The notes under the pieces are model-generated. The model was not told the origin of the DNA. It saw only the letters and a list, made by a program, of their open reading frames with translations, and did not search any database. From Chlorokybus atmophyticus (Eukaryota; Plantae; Mesostigma and Chlorokybus algae), in the NCBI GenBank assembly GCA_009103225.1, contig RHPI01002656.1:248001-312000 (forward strand): a stretch of DNA of 64,000 nucleotides. The letters are read 5' to 3'. Below are positions 1 to 14,000 of the stretch, in pieces. Made by a program: the position numbers and the translations under genes. Position 1 is the first letter of the stretch. Each line of letters opens with the position of its first letter.

Positions 1-1113
1 GGGATGGCAGGGACAGTGTTGGTGAGGAGATGGCCCAAGGGTACGTCTCAAAGGTGCATTGCGCCCGTGCCATCGCATGCAACCAAGCGGTCTTTGTGCC
101 CTATTAACCGCACTGGGGGCAAGTTGGGATCCCGCCAGCTGTGCAACTTGTGCAGATGAACACCCGCCACCCAATGGCCTTCACCTAAGCAATATTGTAT
201 TGGTTGTGTCTTTACACTTGCATGTTGTGCTTGGTGTTTGCTTATGCTGCCCTTGAGGCGACCACTGTGTTGTTCGAAACCGCTCATGTTGCCAGTAGCG
301 TCGGGTGTGCACCTCTCTCACGTACGCTTCGGCCCAGCTGGATGCGTTGTTCTTCGTTATGCTCTCACGCTCGCAAAGCTTGTGCCACAATGCTTCTTAG
401 AACATGCTGTTGCTGCAGCTTATTGCCACGACCTTACGAGGAGAAGGCATCTCATTGACAAGTAATAGATGCAACTGCAAAGCCTGTTGCTGTGTGTGTA
501 TGCTCAGCTATGACACGCAGCTGCTGCCACGTTTTAGCAAGCCCTGCAGCAAGTGCAATTGGCATAACCGCGGCAACATGCGCTTGTGCTGAAGCCATTT
601 GACTTGCTCATCTGCACAAGATTTAACCCATGTGCACAACATGCGTTTTCAACAGGCAGTGTGTGGCTTACACGAGTCTAGCTTATGCATGCACTTGAGC
701 CAGAAGCATGCAAGTTGGGGAGCGATAGGCAAATGGAGCCATTTAACATGCTAAGCAGATTGTTCGTCGCTTGACTAGCAACTATCGTACCTGCAGACGG
801 TGGCAGCAACACTTGCAGCCATGCAGCCAGCAGCTGCTAGCACGCGCACAAGCGCCAGTGCTGGGAGGTTCGCCCAGTCTGCTTTTGGAGCGGTTGAGCG
901 TGTATGCATGATGCAGCAGCCTAAGCTACATTTGATTCTTCTGTCTCTAAGCGCTTAGTGGTCTCTGTCTCATTCTGCACTTGTAAACAGTGGCACGTTT
1001 ACACACGTCACTTCCAGTAGCTTTCATAAACACCCCCTACTAGTAGTAGAATAACCCCCCTCATTAATTGGGCGGGGGGCTGTATTAAACCTTATCAGAG
1101 CCCCCCCCCCCCN

Positions 1114-1195
1114 GCTTTCATAAACACCCCCTACTAGTAGTAGAATAACCCCCCTCATTAATTGGGGGGGGGGCTCTGACCGGGTAAATACGGTA
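1114..1195 (-). mobile_element. Possible end fragment of a small non-autonomous DNA transposon
   Basis: Minus strand reads TA|CCGTATTTACCCGG followed by G/C-tract-rich sequence, resembling TA-flanked TIR ends. No partner TIR was found, and the adjacent duplication abuts an N. Confidence 0.2.
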
Positions 1196-1417
1196 GTGCT
1201 TGCAATATAGACATTGCAGTTGTGATGTTAATGCAATATTGTGTAACTACATCGCAGACAACCAATGTACTGTCTAACACATACGACTAGGCCGAACACA
1301 GTCATTTGCTCGCCATCACTACTCAAAAAGTGATACTGACTATAGGCCCCCACTCCTTTTGCTTGAAGGGGTGTCGTGCCTTTGAACTTTGTTTCATGCT
1401 GCATGGCACACCATATA

Positions 1418-1718
1418 TGTCACGGTGTTGACCCTCAACGTGCACTTTCCTCTGGCACCCCATAACACACCAGTGTTGCCCTATTGACATCGGGTCGATC
1501 AATCTGTGTTCAACCTACTGGCTTCAAAGCCCCGCCAATTAAACGCAATCCTTATATCGGGGGGCCGCGTGACAGCCGACTGCCAGCACTGGCCTCCACC
1601 AATGGGGACGCAGTCCCCATGGCAACGAGCCTCGCTGTCAGTCCACCTAGGCAACTCCCGCCGGAAGCATCGACAATGAGTTGCAAGTAGACGAATTGGA
1701 GCAGAAGCGGCGGTGACA
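1418..1718. mobile_element. Candidate solo LTR
   Basis: About 300 bp bounded by TGTCAC...GTGACA inverted termini. No TSD is evident and there is no second copy in the window. Confidence 0.2.
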
Positions 1719-4700
1719 CTGCTTGAGACTGACCATTTGGCCCACGTTGGGGCCGATAAGCGTCTAAGGCTCAGCGAAGTAGAACCCCCGCAAGTAGTTT
1801 AGCAATAGTTGTGTATATGTTGTTAAAAACATACCAGCTGCTCTAATTGACCGTTGTTCATCCTCGGACTCGCCTTGCTTGTACACTTGTAAGTGTACAC
1901 TCTTGCTCTCATGCTTGGCCCTCGCATTTGCTACCTGCACACTGCAGCATACTTACCCTGCAGGGCTTGCTCGCACTCCACTCACTGCTCAGTTGTGACC
2001 GTGCTTGCTCGCATTTGCACACTTGGTGCTTGTGTAGTGTGACCTCGTCTTACTTAGCTATCCATTCCCGCACACATACACTGCGTGACTGTTGAGTGCA
2101 TTCCCCAAGTGTCCTTGTTTAGGAGCTTCTTGAGTAATTACCACTATTTATGAAGATAAGGGAACTACGCACCCTGACTCCTCCCGACTGTCTCCTGCAC
2201 TGTAATGTAGCGTACACGCTACATTACAGCTTCGATATCCTCTGCCTGGCCACCTGCAGGCTGCCCGATGCCCGAACTCGTTTTTGACACTTGTACACAT
2301 TCGGGTACATACTCCCATTGCGAGACACACCCTGCGGTCGAGGCCTCCTTGCACGATATACCATATGCCAGCACGCAACACACAGGCGGCGGAGTAAGTG
2401 CCCTTGACATGTATATGGTACATTCGTCCGCTAGGTTGGGGTAGTGCAAGCGGTGTTGGGGTAAGCAAGCGGCAAATCGCTGGGTCGGTGGACGGTTGCA
2501 GCCATGCAGATGTACGTCAGGCCCACCAGCGAAAGAGCACAACGTGCAAGTCTACAGCACTAACGACAGAGTGATGGTAAATTCACATTGTTTTCTACCT
2601 GCCCAATTCCTTAAATGCACAAGAGCGCTTCGCATGTATATCTAATTATCCATGTTTGTTTGGTGGCGTGAACTAGGAACTAGCTGTGATGCATTGCGTC
2701 AGAGTATAAACAAACACACACGCTCCAGGTGTGTGGTCATGGATGTAGCATAGATCCTAGGGTGTGGCAACGTGTGATCTCTAGCTTAATCCGGGAGTTT
2801 ACATGCGTCGCGTTGATCACGCTTGCGCATGTGAGCCAAAGCGCTGTGGCTTGAGGCAGCTGGTTGCTTGTCTCTGGTGCGTGCGCTTGTGTGCTTATAC
2901 ATATCATCTAGGTTGCAAGCTTGCTCCAGTTTGTTTCTGCAGACCTGCACAGGCTGCACTTGCTTGTGTTTTGCAGCGTCGCAATGCAATCCATACAGGG
3001 TTGCTTGCTACAATGTTAAGAACTGTCCTAATCAGATGGTATGGTTAGCACCGCCCAGCGGCTGCGTCTTTCATTATTGTACACAAAAGTGAAGTTGCCC
3101 TCTCATTAATTGGCATAGAGCGCTAGGGGCTTGCCGCTAACTCTATGGCGAAGTTTGCAGCCTTGCAAAGGAAAAAGCTTTGACTTCTGGTAGAATAACT
3201 CTTACTTTGACGTTGAGCGCCATTTTACCATTTATGGTAAGCAACCTCTATATGTCGTTTGTGCCACATCACGCGCACATGCACGCGCAACGCATGTGCG
3301 CGCAGACACTGGCAGCATTGTTGCATGCACTTGTTTGTTAATTTTGCCTGACTCGAACAGGTTAGGGATGATGTTTTGATGCTATTCAATAAGTTTTGTA
3401 TGCCAATTCGCACCTACATGGGCGCCAGCTTGCCAATGTTGGCTATGCTAGCCTCCATAAGAGCACGCCTGTTCGAGAGACTCATTGCAAAATGCGGAGT
3501 TCTTGGTTACATTTATAAAACGGAAAAAGGATATGAAGGCCCATTCAGGCAAGCGCCGCTCAGCATAAGAGTCTAGTGCATAACAGGTATTGTATCTTAT
3601 GCAAGGGAAGTAGTTTACTGTTGAACACCCAATAACAATGAAGCACATAAGCAGCTGTGCATGGATGCTGGCAATCAACAATTGCCAACTGTATGGCTTG
3701 CGTACGTAAAGATGGTGAGTCAAAGCCGATATGCGCAGGTTGGAAGACTTGGACGTTATACACAACAATTGTGGAAAATAATAGCGAAGCTATCAACGAC
3801 TTTACTTGAGAACTTGTTCAATTCCGCCTGAACACCACCAAACCAACTGCCCAACCGTCAATCTTGGTAAGCCAATGCAAGCACTCCCAAAGCAATCCTT
3901 GTTTATTTTCGAGCTCACGCATAGAGCACTACCATGTTGATTACCACCTAACTTCAAGTTGTCTGCATCATGCATTTGCTGACACGTGATTGGTGTTGTG
4001 TGTATAGTAGTTTTCAGTACGCGTCGCCTCTCGTGTAAGTGCCATGCGTGTTGTTGCAGGATTGCAAGGATTACATGCTGCTTGCACATCACGGTCTGCA
4101 TGGCCTCCAGGTTCAAAGAGTGCACGTATGAGATTTTCAGTCACAAAGGGATATCTGCCACACATATCGAGAGCGCTTATCGTCTTTGCAGCGGTGCGGA
4201 AGCACCTTTCATGTCACGCGTGATTTAATGCTATAATGAGCTAGTGCATGTATCGCAGTATGGCGTGTGTAGTGATTAAGACTTAACAGGCAGCAGTATA
4301 CTGACTGCAACTGTACATCGATTGGGTATTTAGTGGTAATGCGTGTTTCACGCCATTGGGGATAAAATGCAGTGCACTGCTGCACAAGGCAAAGTGGCAT
4401 ATGTGTTGTGTGCCCGAAAGACTAGTGTTTTGCCCGCATTGCCTAATAAAAGTCCTTGCAGAGCCTTGCCCATAATGATCCAAGACGAGCTGCAATGGTC
4501 CACTCTCACAGGTGCCTATATGCTTGCATGCGCAGTGCGACACCCTGTTGCGCACACTAAGCAACACAGGAAACCCGGAGCATGTATACGGCTGTAGTGC
4601 AAGGGCCATAAAGGGGTGCTCATGTCCATTGCACCTGTGGTTACTACGGCAGGCAAGCACCTTGGTTGCGCAGCACCTGCACTGCATGGCATTAAAACGG

Positions 4701-7415
4701 TTAATTGCAAAGCGTGCATAGTTGAGCAAAAGACAGCAAGAAGACGACGCTGCAGCCATGTTATGTTCAATGTGCTTACCGTGATGCAAGCTGGGCAAAA
4801 CAAAATTGCAGACTCATGACATTTACAATGATCACTTTGTTTTCAATGATACCTGCACCTGTAACTTTTCTACATACCAAGGTCCTCAAATCAACCTGGC
4901 CAAACAGCAATGCCTTACGATAAATATTGTCTACAATCGCACATATTGCTGCAACAAGCTAGGACACCATGCAGCATGCAGCCGCAGGCACCTGCTGCTG
5001 CCATAACGACAAATCGCGCATTCGCGGACAGGTTAGCCACTGAAGTTCGGATACTTCTCAGTATCTTTGTGGCAGTAACAATGTCCACCACTTGCCGCAG
5101 ACAACCGATTCTGGCGACGCTGCTTGCCTTTGTAAACAGCTGCTGAACACTGGTTGCGAAGCTCAGCAAAAACGGTTTTTATATCCGCCTCCGGGATTGC
5201 AAACGTAAGTGGCTCTCGCCCTTCTATAGAGCCCTTGTATGGTTGTCCAATCGCGCAAGCAATGTCATTCTGGTTAGTGTCAACATTCTGCAAGACTCTT
5301 TTGTGAACATCATCTACCAACACATCTGTGAAACGTGTACCAACTGTCATTACAGTAAACTTATCGCTGACTAGCTGCAGCCGCATTGCTGGCAGGCTTG
5401 GGCATTTGTCCACAACTTTTGCTGCCACCTCCAGCACCATGCAAAGCGATGCGCAAGCATACACCTGTAGCACTTTGGGTCGCCTCGTCCGCTGACTGTG
5501 CAAATTTCTTTCCTGCCTCCTTCATGATGCGGGATGCATCTGCAAGTGAGATGGCAATGATATGCCCACCCAGAAGTAGACGCTCAGTGGGTTGATGCGG
5601 TCCACTCTGAATTGCTAAGCTAAACAACATAAATTCCATCATCTGCGCGTGTTTGCATCAGATAGTTGGACAGTGAATTTGCTCCAAGATTTATATCCAA
5701 GCAGCGGGGCACTTCAAGCAATTGTAACAACTCACACATTACCGTTGATAGCTGATTGACCTGCCCTTCCTTATCGTCCTGCTGCAGCGCCGCGCGCAAC
5801 TCCTGCGTGATATATGTGCAGGCCGTATAGGCCACAATGTCTTTGCATGGCGGCTTGTAACACTCCATGGCATAAAGTGCTACTCTGGTTAAGACGACAT
5901 CTTCTCTAACAGCTGATCGAACTCCATATCCCGTGTGCGGATGGTCTTGTTAGCCCCATGCTTTGAGGTGCATACCACCGTCAAATGCGTCTGCCGGTGA
6001 ATTACTAGAATTGTGCAACTTGCATTGAATGCATAGGCTACCCACACCAACATCGCATCCTCCGGCTCTTCGGGTTCTAATGGCCATGATGACGCTGTGT
6101 TTGCTGCAGCTTTTATCATGCATGGCAAGGTTGCGAGCTTCTTAACCTTTGCCAAGTAACCTCCTTCAAAGGCATGTCACATAATGGCACCAGGCTCCAG
6201 TGACGTCCAACTTCCCTACGGATTGTGTTGCGTTGGCAATCCCACTTTGGTGGCCATGGAATTAGGTGATCAACACGCATCGCAAATTCAACAGGCAGCG
6301 GGGTGGTTGGGGAGGTAACATGGCATGGCCCTCTAAGGCCCTCGTGAGCTTTCTGGACCTCATCATTATAATCGCCCAACTGCAAGTAGCTGAGCCCGAG
6401 GGATGATTGTAGGCTTCCTGCCAAAACCCAATGCACACCCTTTCTGATCTCATATATATAATCTTTTGGTCTTTTTTGTTTATTTTGTTCTGCATAAACT
6501 CAAGGAGAACCTCAAAACTTTTCGTGAGGTTTTCCTCGAAACCGATGCAATGCTGTGTCTGGCAGGTGATATATGAGCTTGAAGGGGCGTGTTTGCCCAT
6601 GGGAGGCTGCACTGTTGCGGATTATGTTAAAATCTGCACTGTACGGCATAATGATTAAGGGCTGAGACAAAGCTAAGGACGACTTCACTTGCATATACAT
6701 GCTGCATGGTCGAGGCTGGTATCAGATGCCAGTGGACTCAGCTCTGGTCAATACAGCATACCTGAAAATGTCACAGGTGCACAAGGCAGCAGAGTTGTTC
6801 ACTTGTGCAGCGACGAGAGCAGCTTGCACTTGCCCTTATCGTCGGTTGTCGCCGCTGGTACACTGGCCAATAGATCACAGCAGCACAGGCAACTCGCAGT
6901 CTTCGCCATTGTGAAGCATGCAGCGCTTTGCTCACTGCCGCAGCTGCAGCGAAGCAAATCAGACACTTTCATCGCACCGCTCAACAACATGACACTGCTC
7001 TCAACCTGAGTCTTCCTCAACATAGCCGTCCGATCTGGGACGCATTGCCCTCTGACGCCGTCCGATGCTGACTTGTGTCCAGCTCAACGCTGTCAGCATT
7101 TGGAGCTGATATCGGTCTCTCAGACGTGCAGCAAGCAGACAGATTTAGGTGGTACAGCAACGATATCTTCCCAAGCACTCCACTGCGGTCAGCATGACGC
7201 GGCTAATTTTGCACTTTCCCGGCTATCTGACCGCGCTGGCTAACCAGTATTTCCGCTGTGTAAAATTAGGCGGCGGCGGTGGAGGCGGTGTTGGTTGTGG
7301 CATTGACGTGCACCGGGCTGGAGCTGTGATCGCTGCTGGATAGGTGCCATAGAATAAAAATGCGTTGTTGTCATCATTGACGGAGGCGCCAGCCATATTC
7401 GGGAAAGTGTGAGCC

Positions 7416-10400
7416 ATGGCTGCTGCGGTTGCTGCCAGCGCAGCCATGGCTGCGTCGTCGTCGTCGTCGTCGTTGTCCAGCTGGGAAGCGGGATTTATGA
7501 GCAGGAGGAGGCCGGCGACAACCAGCAGAACCACGAGGGCGACGGCGCCCACATCGTCAGCACGGCGCGTGGTGCTGACGCCCAGGTGCACGGCGACTGT
7601 GGGTGCTCCTCAGACTGCCTCAGACACCACCTCCACCTCCACTTCCACCTCCTCGTCGTTGTCCGTCGTCGCAGTAGCTCGCTCCCTGTCGCCGTCCCCT
7701 CCCCCGCTGCTCTCAACCGATGTCTTGGCCACGCCTGTCACCCTGCCAGAAGAGTTCTACTTGGAGCCGGGCGATGTCAGCGCCGTGCTGCCGCCTGATC
7801 CCGAGGACGGTGCTGATGCTGCTGTGGGCATTGATCCCACCCGCACCGCCATGGGTTACGTGCGTCGTGTGCTCACTTCCAAGGTGCACAACGTGTAATT
7901 TGCGCCTCTTTCTTGCATTGGCAGAAAGACACGTTGTAATTCTGTCGCAGTGTGTGTGCCAAAGCAGGTGGAATGCAGTGCACATGCTGCTTTCGGTGTA
8001 TTGATTTGCGCTACTGAGTAGCATCAACTGTGCATGCTTCACGTGTAAGTATGCTAGGCACCTGTTGCATCTGTTGCGCGTGCCTACAACTCTTATTATT
8101 CCTTGGTTACATGGTGCATATGATGTAGACCGCTGGTGATGTGCTGGCTGACGTTGCACCTTGATGCCAATGGCAGGTGTATGATGTGGCCATAGAGTCA
8201 CCCTTGGAGCACGCGCCGCGGATCAGCGATCGCAGCGGATGTCAAGTGTACCTCAAGCGCGAGGATTTGCAGTCGGTACGGTTTCCACCAAATTCTGTCA
8301 TGCGTTGCACGAGTTTTTGGGCCAACATGACTGCTATTGATATGCATGTGCGCTGGTTGCTATCTTAAGTTGTGAAGCTTTTTGTGCCAGGTTGACACAA
8401 ACGCAGCAAGCTTGCACTCGGAGTCTTGGCGAATTGCTGAGTAAAACTGGTCCATGTGTGCAGGTGTTCTCTTTCAAGTTGCGTGGTGCCTACAATAAGA
8501 TGGCCAACCTCACACCCGCACAGTTGGCCAGTGGTGTGATATGCTCGTCTGCCGGCAATCACGCTCAGGGTGTTGCGCTTGCAGCACGGGAGCTGGGCTG
8601 CAGTGCTGTCATTGCCATGCCTATAACGACACCCATGATCAAGGTAAGTTGCGAGCCTTCTGCCTTGCGTACCTGTCTGTGTGTGTATGAGGGTGCACAT
8701 GTTGAACACCGACCATGACAGGTGAAAGCTGTTGAGCGGTTGGGTGCAACCGTGGTGCTGGTTGGGGAAGCTTATGACGAGACGCAAGCATATGCGAAGG
8801 TGCGTGCAAGTTGTGTAAGGAACACATGTTCTTCTTGTCACACACCTCCCTATTGCATAGCTTTTGGCACAACTTACATATGCATTTGCACACAGGCGCG
8901 AGCACTAGAAGATGGGCGTGTGTTCATACCTCCCTTTGACGATCCAGATGTAATTGCCGGGCAAGGGACCGTTGGCATGGAGATCCTGCGGCAACATCCC
9001 GGGGACCTGCATGCCATCTTCGTGCCCGTTGGAGGCGGCGGGTTGATCGCGGGCATCGCGGCTTACGTGAAGGAGATCCGCCCTGAGATCAAGGTAATTG
9101 GCGTGGAGCCAGTCGAGGCCAACGCAATGGCGCAGTCGCTTGCGCTTGGCCATAGAATCCGTTTGGCGCGCGTGGGCGGCTTCGCTGATGGCGTGGCCGT
9201 GAAGATGGTTGGTGAGGAGACCTTCAGGATGTGCCGGAGTCTTGTCGATGGCGTCGTGCTGGTCGGCAATGACGCCATATGCGCGGCAATCAAAGACGTG
9301 TTTGAAGAGAAGCGCAGCATACTCGAGCCAGCTGGCGCGCTGGCCCTCGCGGGAGCCAAAGCTTACATCAAGAAGCACAACTTGTCCGGTGGCAACGTGG
9401 TGGCTGTGACGTCTGGGGCCAACATGAACTTTGATCGGTTGAGGCTTGTGTCGGAGCTTGCCGATGTTGGAGAGCGCAAGGAGGCGGTCCTCGCAACCAC
9501 AATTGCAGAAACACCCGGCGCATTTAAAGACTTTGTGGGGCTGCTTGGCAATGTCAGCATCACGGAGTTTAAGTACAGATACTCGCATGACAGCAAGGCT
9601 TTCATCATGTACAGGTAAGCATTGTCCTATGTATGGGGACTCACATGCGTCTCTCCCCCCTCAAATGTGCTTTGCATCCTTCTTGCCATTGCATCTGGGC
9701 AGGGGCCCGCTGCGTAGCGCTGTGCGTGCTCAGTTTGCTGGCTGGCCGTCATTTGGGTCCTGCCGCTCACCCGCTGTTGCCACCGCCTCCCTCCCGCCTC
9801 ATGCCACTGCGCTGATTGCTACCGCTGCCCCCTCCGTGGGTACGCGCTCTGATGTTTGCAGTGTTGGCGTGCCGAGTGAGGACGAGCTGGCAGCCTTGAA
9901 GCACCGCCTGGCTCAGGCCGGTCTTGAGACGCTGGACATGAGCGACAATGACCTGGCAAAGATCCACTTGAGACACTTGGTATGTTAATATTTCTGTGCA
10001 GGCTTGATGCATTGTTATCTGGTGTGGTCTAGAGCATCCATGCCTGGTCGCTTGTCGGCGGAGGTCAATGTGGTGTCCATCACCACACACGTGTGTTGAC
10101 AACTTTGTGGATGCTGCTTAGGTCGGGCGAAACTCTACAATGGCGAACGAGTCCTTGTGGCGGTTTGAGTTCCCCGAGCGCCCGGGTGCACTGCATCAAT
10201 TCCTTGAGGCGTTCAGCCCGCGCTGGAATATTTCCTTATTTCATTACAGGAATCAGGTACTCACCTTTGCAGATAATGCAATTTGCTCACAGGTTGAGGG
10301 GCTCTGGAAGTGCTTATGCGGTGTTTGCAACAGGGCGAGGGCACAGGCAATGTGTTGGTCGGTCTGCAAGTCCCTGTTGACGAGGAGGACGCATTCCATG

Positions 10401-10474
10401 GAGCTGCCCAGCGATTGGGCTATGAGTATGTTGATGAGAATAACAATGAAGCCCTCAAGATGTTCTTGAGATGA
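7416..10474 (+). CDS. OMR1: Threonine dehydratase/deaminase, biosynthetic, plastid-targeted (multi-exon)
   Basis: Ser/Thr/Ala-rich transit peptide, then [28 protein letters not shown] (PLP lysine), [44 protein letters not shown] and C-terminal regulatory domains ([17 protein letters not shown]). GT-AG introns; TGA at 10472-10474. Confidence 0.97.
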
Positions 10475-11005
10475 CTGGAGACATGACATCGAAACACCAT
10501 AGTATATAGCACATTCTTTGCCATACACGTTCAGTGTTAGCATGGTATTGAACTTGTATGTTGCAGTTATTACAGCCAGGTGTGCGCAATGCACAGCAGT
10601 AGAGTGATACTAAAGTGAAGTGCCAAAATTGGCAGTGCTGTGACGTTCTTGAGCTTACAACAGTCGCTTGCAGTGCACCACCATGTGCCCCATAATGTCC
10701 TTGCACCCCATAATGTCCTTGCACAACTTGGTTGGTGATCATCAGTGTTGTCTTGTTGAGCACCGCTAGTACTGCTTGTGCATTGCTTCGCCTAATGCCA
10801 CTGGCTTAGTCGAGGGACGGGCAGTGAGCAGTGCGACAAGAACCGTAGGCAGTACAATTACTGCTAGTCACTCGCAAACTCTACAGCTGCTTGCGAAAAA
10901 CAACACCTAGCCACAAACCGAGTTGCGCAATGCCAGCCTCTGCAGTTACCAGCTGTTGGTAAAAGAAAACCGCAGCAGCTGTGACTCGAGCAGCCTGAAC
11001 TAGCA

Positions 11006-14000
11006 TTATCCAGGGTTGTCAGTCATCCTTTTGCGCCGCTTACTTGACCTGCCTACTGGTGTCTCTTGCACTGCAGCAAGTGCGTCTGTGAGTGCAGGCG
11101 CCTTCAGCATCGCACTGCGGCGCCTTTTAGCTTGCTTCTTACTTTTCCGCTCCAAGCCTTCTTCGATGGGCTCTTCACCCTGTCCACCCCTGCCAGCAGC
11201 CGCAGCATTGTCTTCACCCCCCGCTTCATCAGCAGGCGCAACCTCCGACTCCACAGCATCAGTTGTCCTCTTTTTCTTTTTCCTTCTGCTTGTCTTGCCT
11301 TTTGCCTCGACTGTATCGGAATCATGAACACCGTCCGCAGTATCTGCTGCTGGCCTCTCTTCGGCCTCGACATGGCCGTTCGCGTCCGCTTTTTGTCTCT
11401 GATCTGCGGGGACTGCCTCCAGGACATCAGTCATGGTCAAGCGCCCCACACGATCTGCGCTAACTTGCTGTACATTGGATGCCTCTTCCACAGCATTCCC
11501 AGCAGGCAGCAAGACCGACATAGCCGCGAGCGTGTAGTCAAGGAGAAAAGTGCTTTGTACCTATACGGCTTGATGTCAGGGCAACGAGCCCCAAGGGCAG
11601 TGCAGTAAATGCTGCTCCTACAGCACGCGATGAGTCCTAGAAGCTTACCAGGCGCTGTATCCGAGCGTAGTGCCGTTGTGTGTATGGCAGCACACCTTCC
11701 AACAGCTCCTTGATGTTTGGCACCTGCAAAGGAGAACAGTCAGACGGAGCGGCACTAACAGTAATGTGCGCACAGATACAGCAAGACCTTGCGACCTTGA
11801 GACTGGCATGACACAAAGGCGGCCAACCTGCAGTAGGATCTCTGGACGGACAGCAGTCAGCATCACATGAAGGACATGCTGCGCAGTGTGACAGAACTTG
11901 GCATTTGTGTTCCACTCGCGCATGTACTGCAAGCAGGTTTGCAACCGTGACGCGTCGAACATTGCAATGATGTTCTCCAGCATCCTGTCACCCTCTGGAT
12001 CTTTAACAACATCACCGAGCACCTGCGCGTAGTACCGTCACAGCTTCAGCATGCCTAAACAAGATGGTGCAATGCAGCGAAAGCTCTGCCTTACCTTGAG
12101 CAAGCGGAACGGCTTCTGCAACTCAAACGCATATTTAACAGCTTTGGCATAGTCAGCTTGTGTAAGTGCATTGGCAAGGTCCTGCTCCATCAAGACTTGC
12201 TTCTCCTGCAGTGCATGCAGGGCGAGAAGTTAAACACCATGGCAGATAGATCATGAAGCTTTTGGTCAAGTGCAAAGAGTTCTTACATCAGACGCTCTAG
12301 CAGCCTCCTCTTCCTCTTGGGTTGTGTCCACCCACACATTGATGGTTGCATCGCCACCTCCAGATGCAATGTGTGCTTCATCCCTTCTTACAGCAAGGGC
12401 CCACACTTTGTCTTCATGGCCGTCCAATGTGGCCACACACTCGTTTGTGCGCAAAGTCCACAACTTAAGTAGGCCATCCGCACCAGCTGAGATGAGTTGG
12501 GTGCCGAGCGACATGAATGAAACCTTCAGAACGGAGGCTGTGTGCCCTTCCAATGTGCGAATACATGCGCCGTCACTGATTGACCATATCTTGATGGTCT
12601 GATCGCCAGAAGACGTGACAACAACCTTGTCCACTGGAGAGAACTCGCAGCACCATACTCCCCGCTTGTGGCCTCGCAGTGTCAGCTTCAACTGCAGTTC
12701 AGGCAGTTTCCAAAGCTTCACAGTCCGGTCCTGAATGATACACACAACATTGATGTTGAAAGCCTGAAGCAAAATGTTTCCCTCAAGGGTTAGTGTTGCA
12801 GTAGTAAATCTGATGGGCTGCAAGGCCATCTCACCTGAGAAGCACTGCACAACAGGCTGTCATTGGGCGCTATAGCAATGGAATTGATATCCTTCTCATG
12901 CGCTGAAGCAATGGCAAGTGGTTTCAACTTGAGGGGCTGACCTCCGGTGTACTTGTCCAAAGGTGACAGGTCCCATAGTTTGAGGGTCTTATCACTGCAG
13001 ATGGCATGTTAGTCACAACATCCCATTGGCGGGCGCGCTGTGCTAATAAACAAGCATACTACCTGCTGCCAGACGCTAAGTATGCTGCAGTCTTGCGCGA
13101 AAACGCGACGGCTCCAACCGCAGCAACATGCCCTGTCGCCAATGCGATGCACTTGTTGTCCTCAGCATTCCAGACACGCACCTGATGCCATGTACCAAGT
13201 GTTCAGGTTGCTCAATGGGTAAGAAGGCAAAGTGCAATATATGTTAGGTATCAGTGCTGCGTACCGTGTTGTCCTTGCTGCCTGTTGCCAGACGCAACCG
13301 TGAAGATATCGCTGGGCAAACATCCAGGCTCAACACTATGTCCGTGTGACCAGGCAATGACTTCATGCAAGCATGTGTCGTGGCATCGTACAGTCGCACC
13401 TGCAATTGATGCCATGCAGTCACGCTCATGTCATCACGACACCTCCTTTTCTTTGCAAGTCGTGACTGCGTTACCATGTGCATTGACAGTCAATGCTGAC
13501 CTGCTCGCTGTTTGTAGCCACTGCGAGATATTGGTCATCAGAGCCCGCAAATTTCATGTCAATAATGTCATCATTGTTGCCGATCAGCTGGCGTACTACT
13601 TGCAGTCGGCCCTCCCTAACTTGAAGAAAGACCAAGCGCTGGTCTGCTGTGACGCAGAGGACCTCGCGGCTTTTGCCAAATGCAAAAACCTGCAACAGGC
13701 CGCCAGCGCCTGCCAACGCAGCATCATCAAACTCGTACAAGCTCTCAGCAGTTTCGGTGCTGTAAAGCCGCACTTGGCCCTTCTCGCCAACAGCGAGGAA
13801 GTTGACTGCATTGGCCTTGCCATGAGCCGCCTTGGACTTGACAGACAAGTCAAGTAGCAACTCAGGCGCTTCTGCAATGCCCTCTAGCGCTTCAAACACC
13901 GGCACAGTGGACTTGAGAGTATTCTTGCGTAAGTCCCATGCATTCACAACCTGTGCCACCACGTTAGCACACCATGTGCGCCATCAGCATGCTTTGCGCC

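Noticed and set aside
1020-1175. Direct repeat of about 55-60 bp (ctttcataaacaccccctactag...)
   Set aside because: The second copy starts right after a single N (1113) next to a C homopolymer, so it is most likely a contig-overlap artefact.
2148-2542. Possible integrase zinc-finger remnant (LRAGIWY...)
   Set aside because: The similarity is too weak and no flanking pol motifs are recognisable.
8905-9588. 227-aa antisense ORF
   Set aside because: A shadow of the GC-rich threonine dehydratase exon on the opposite strand.
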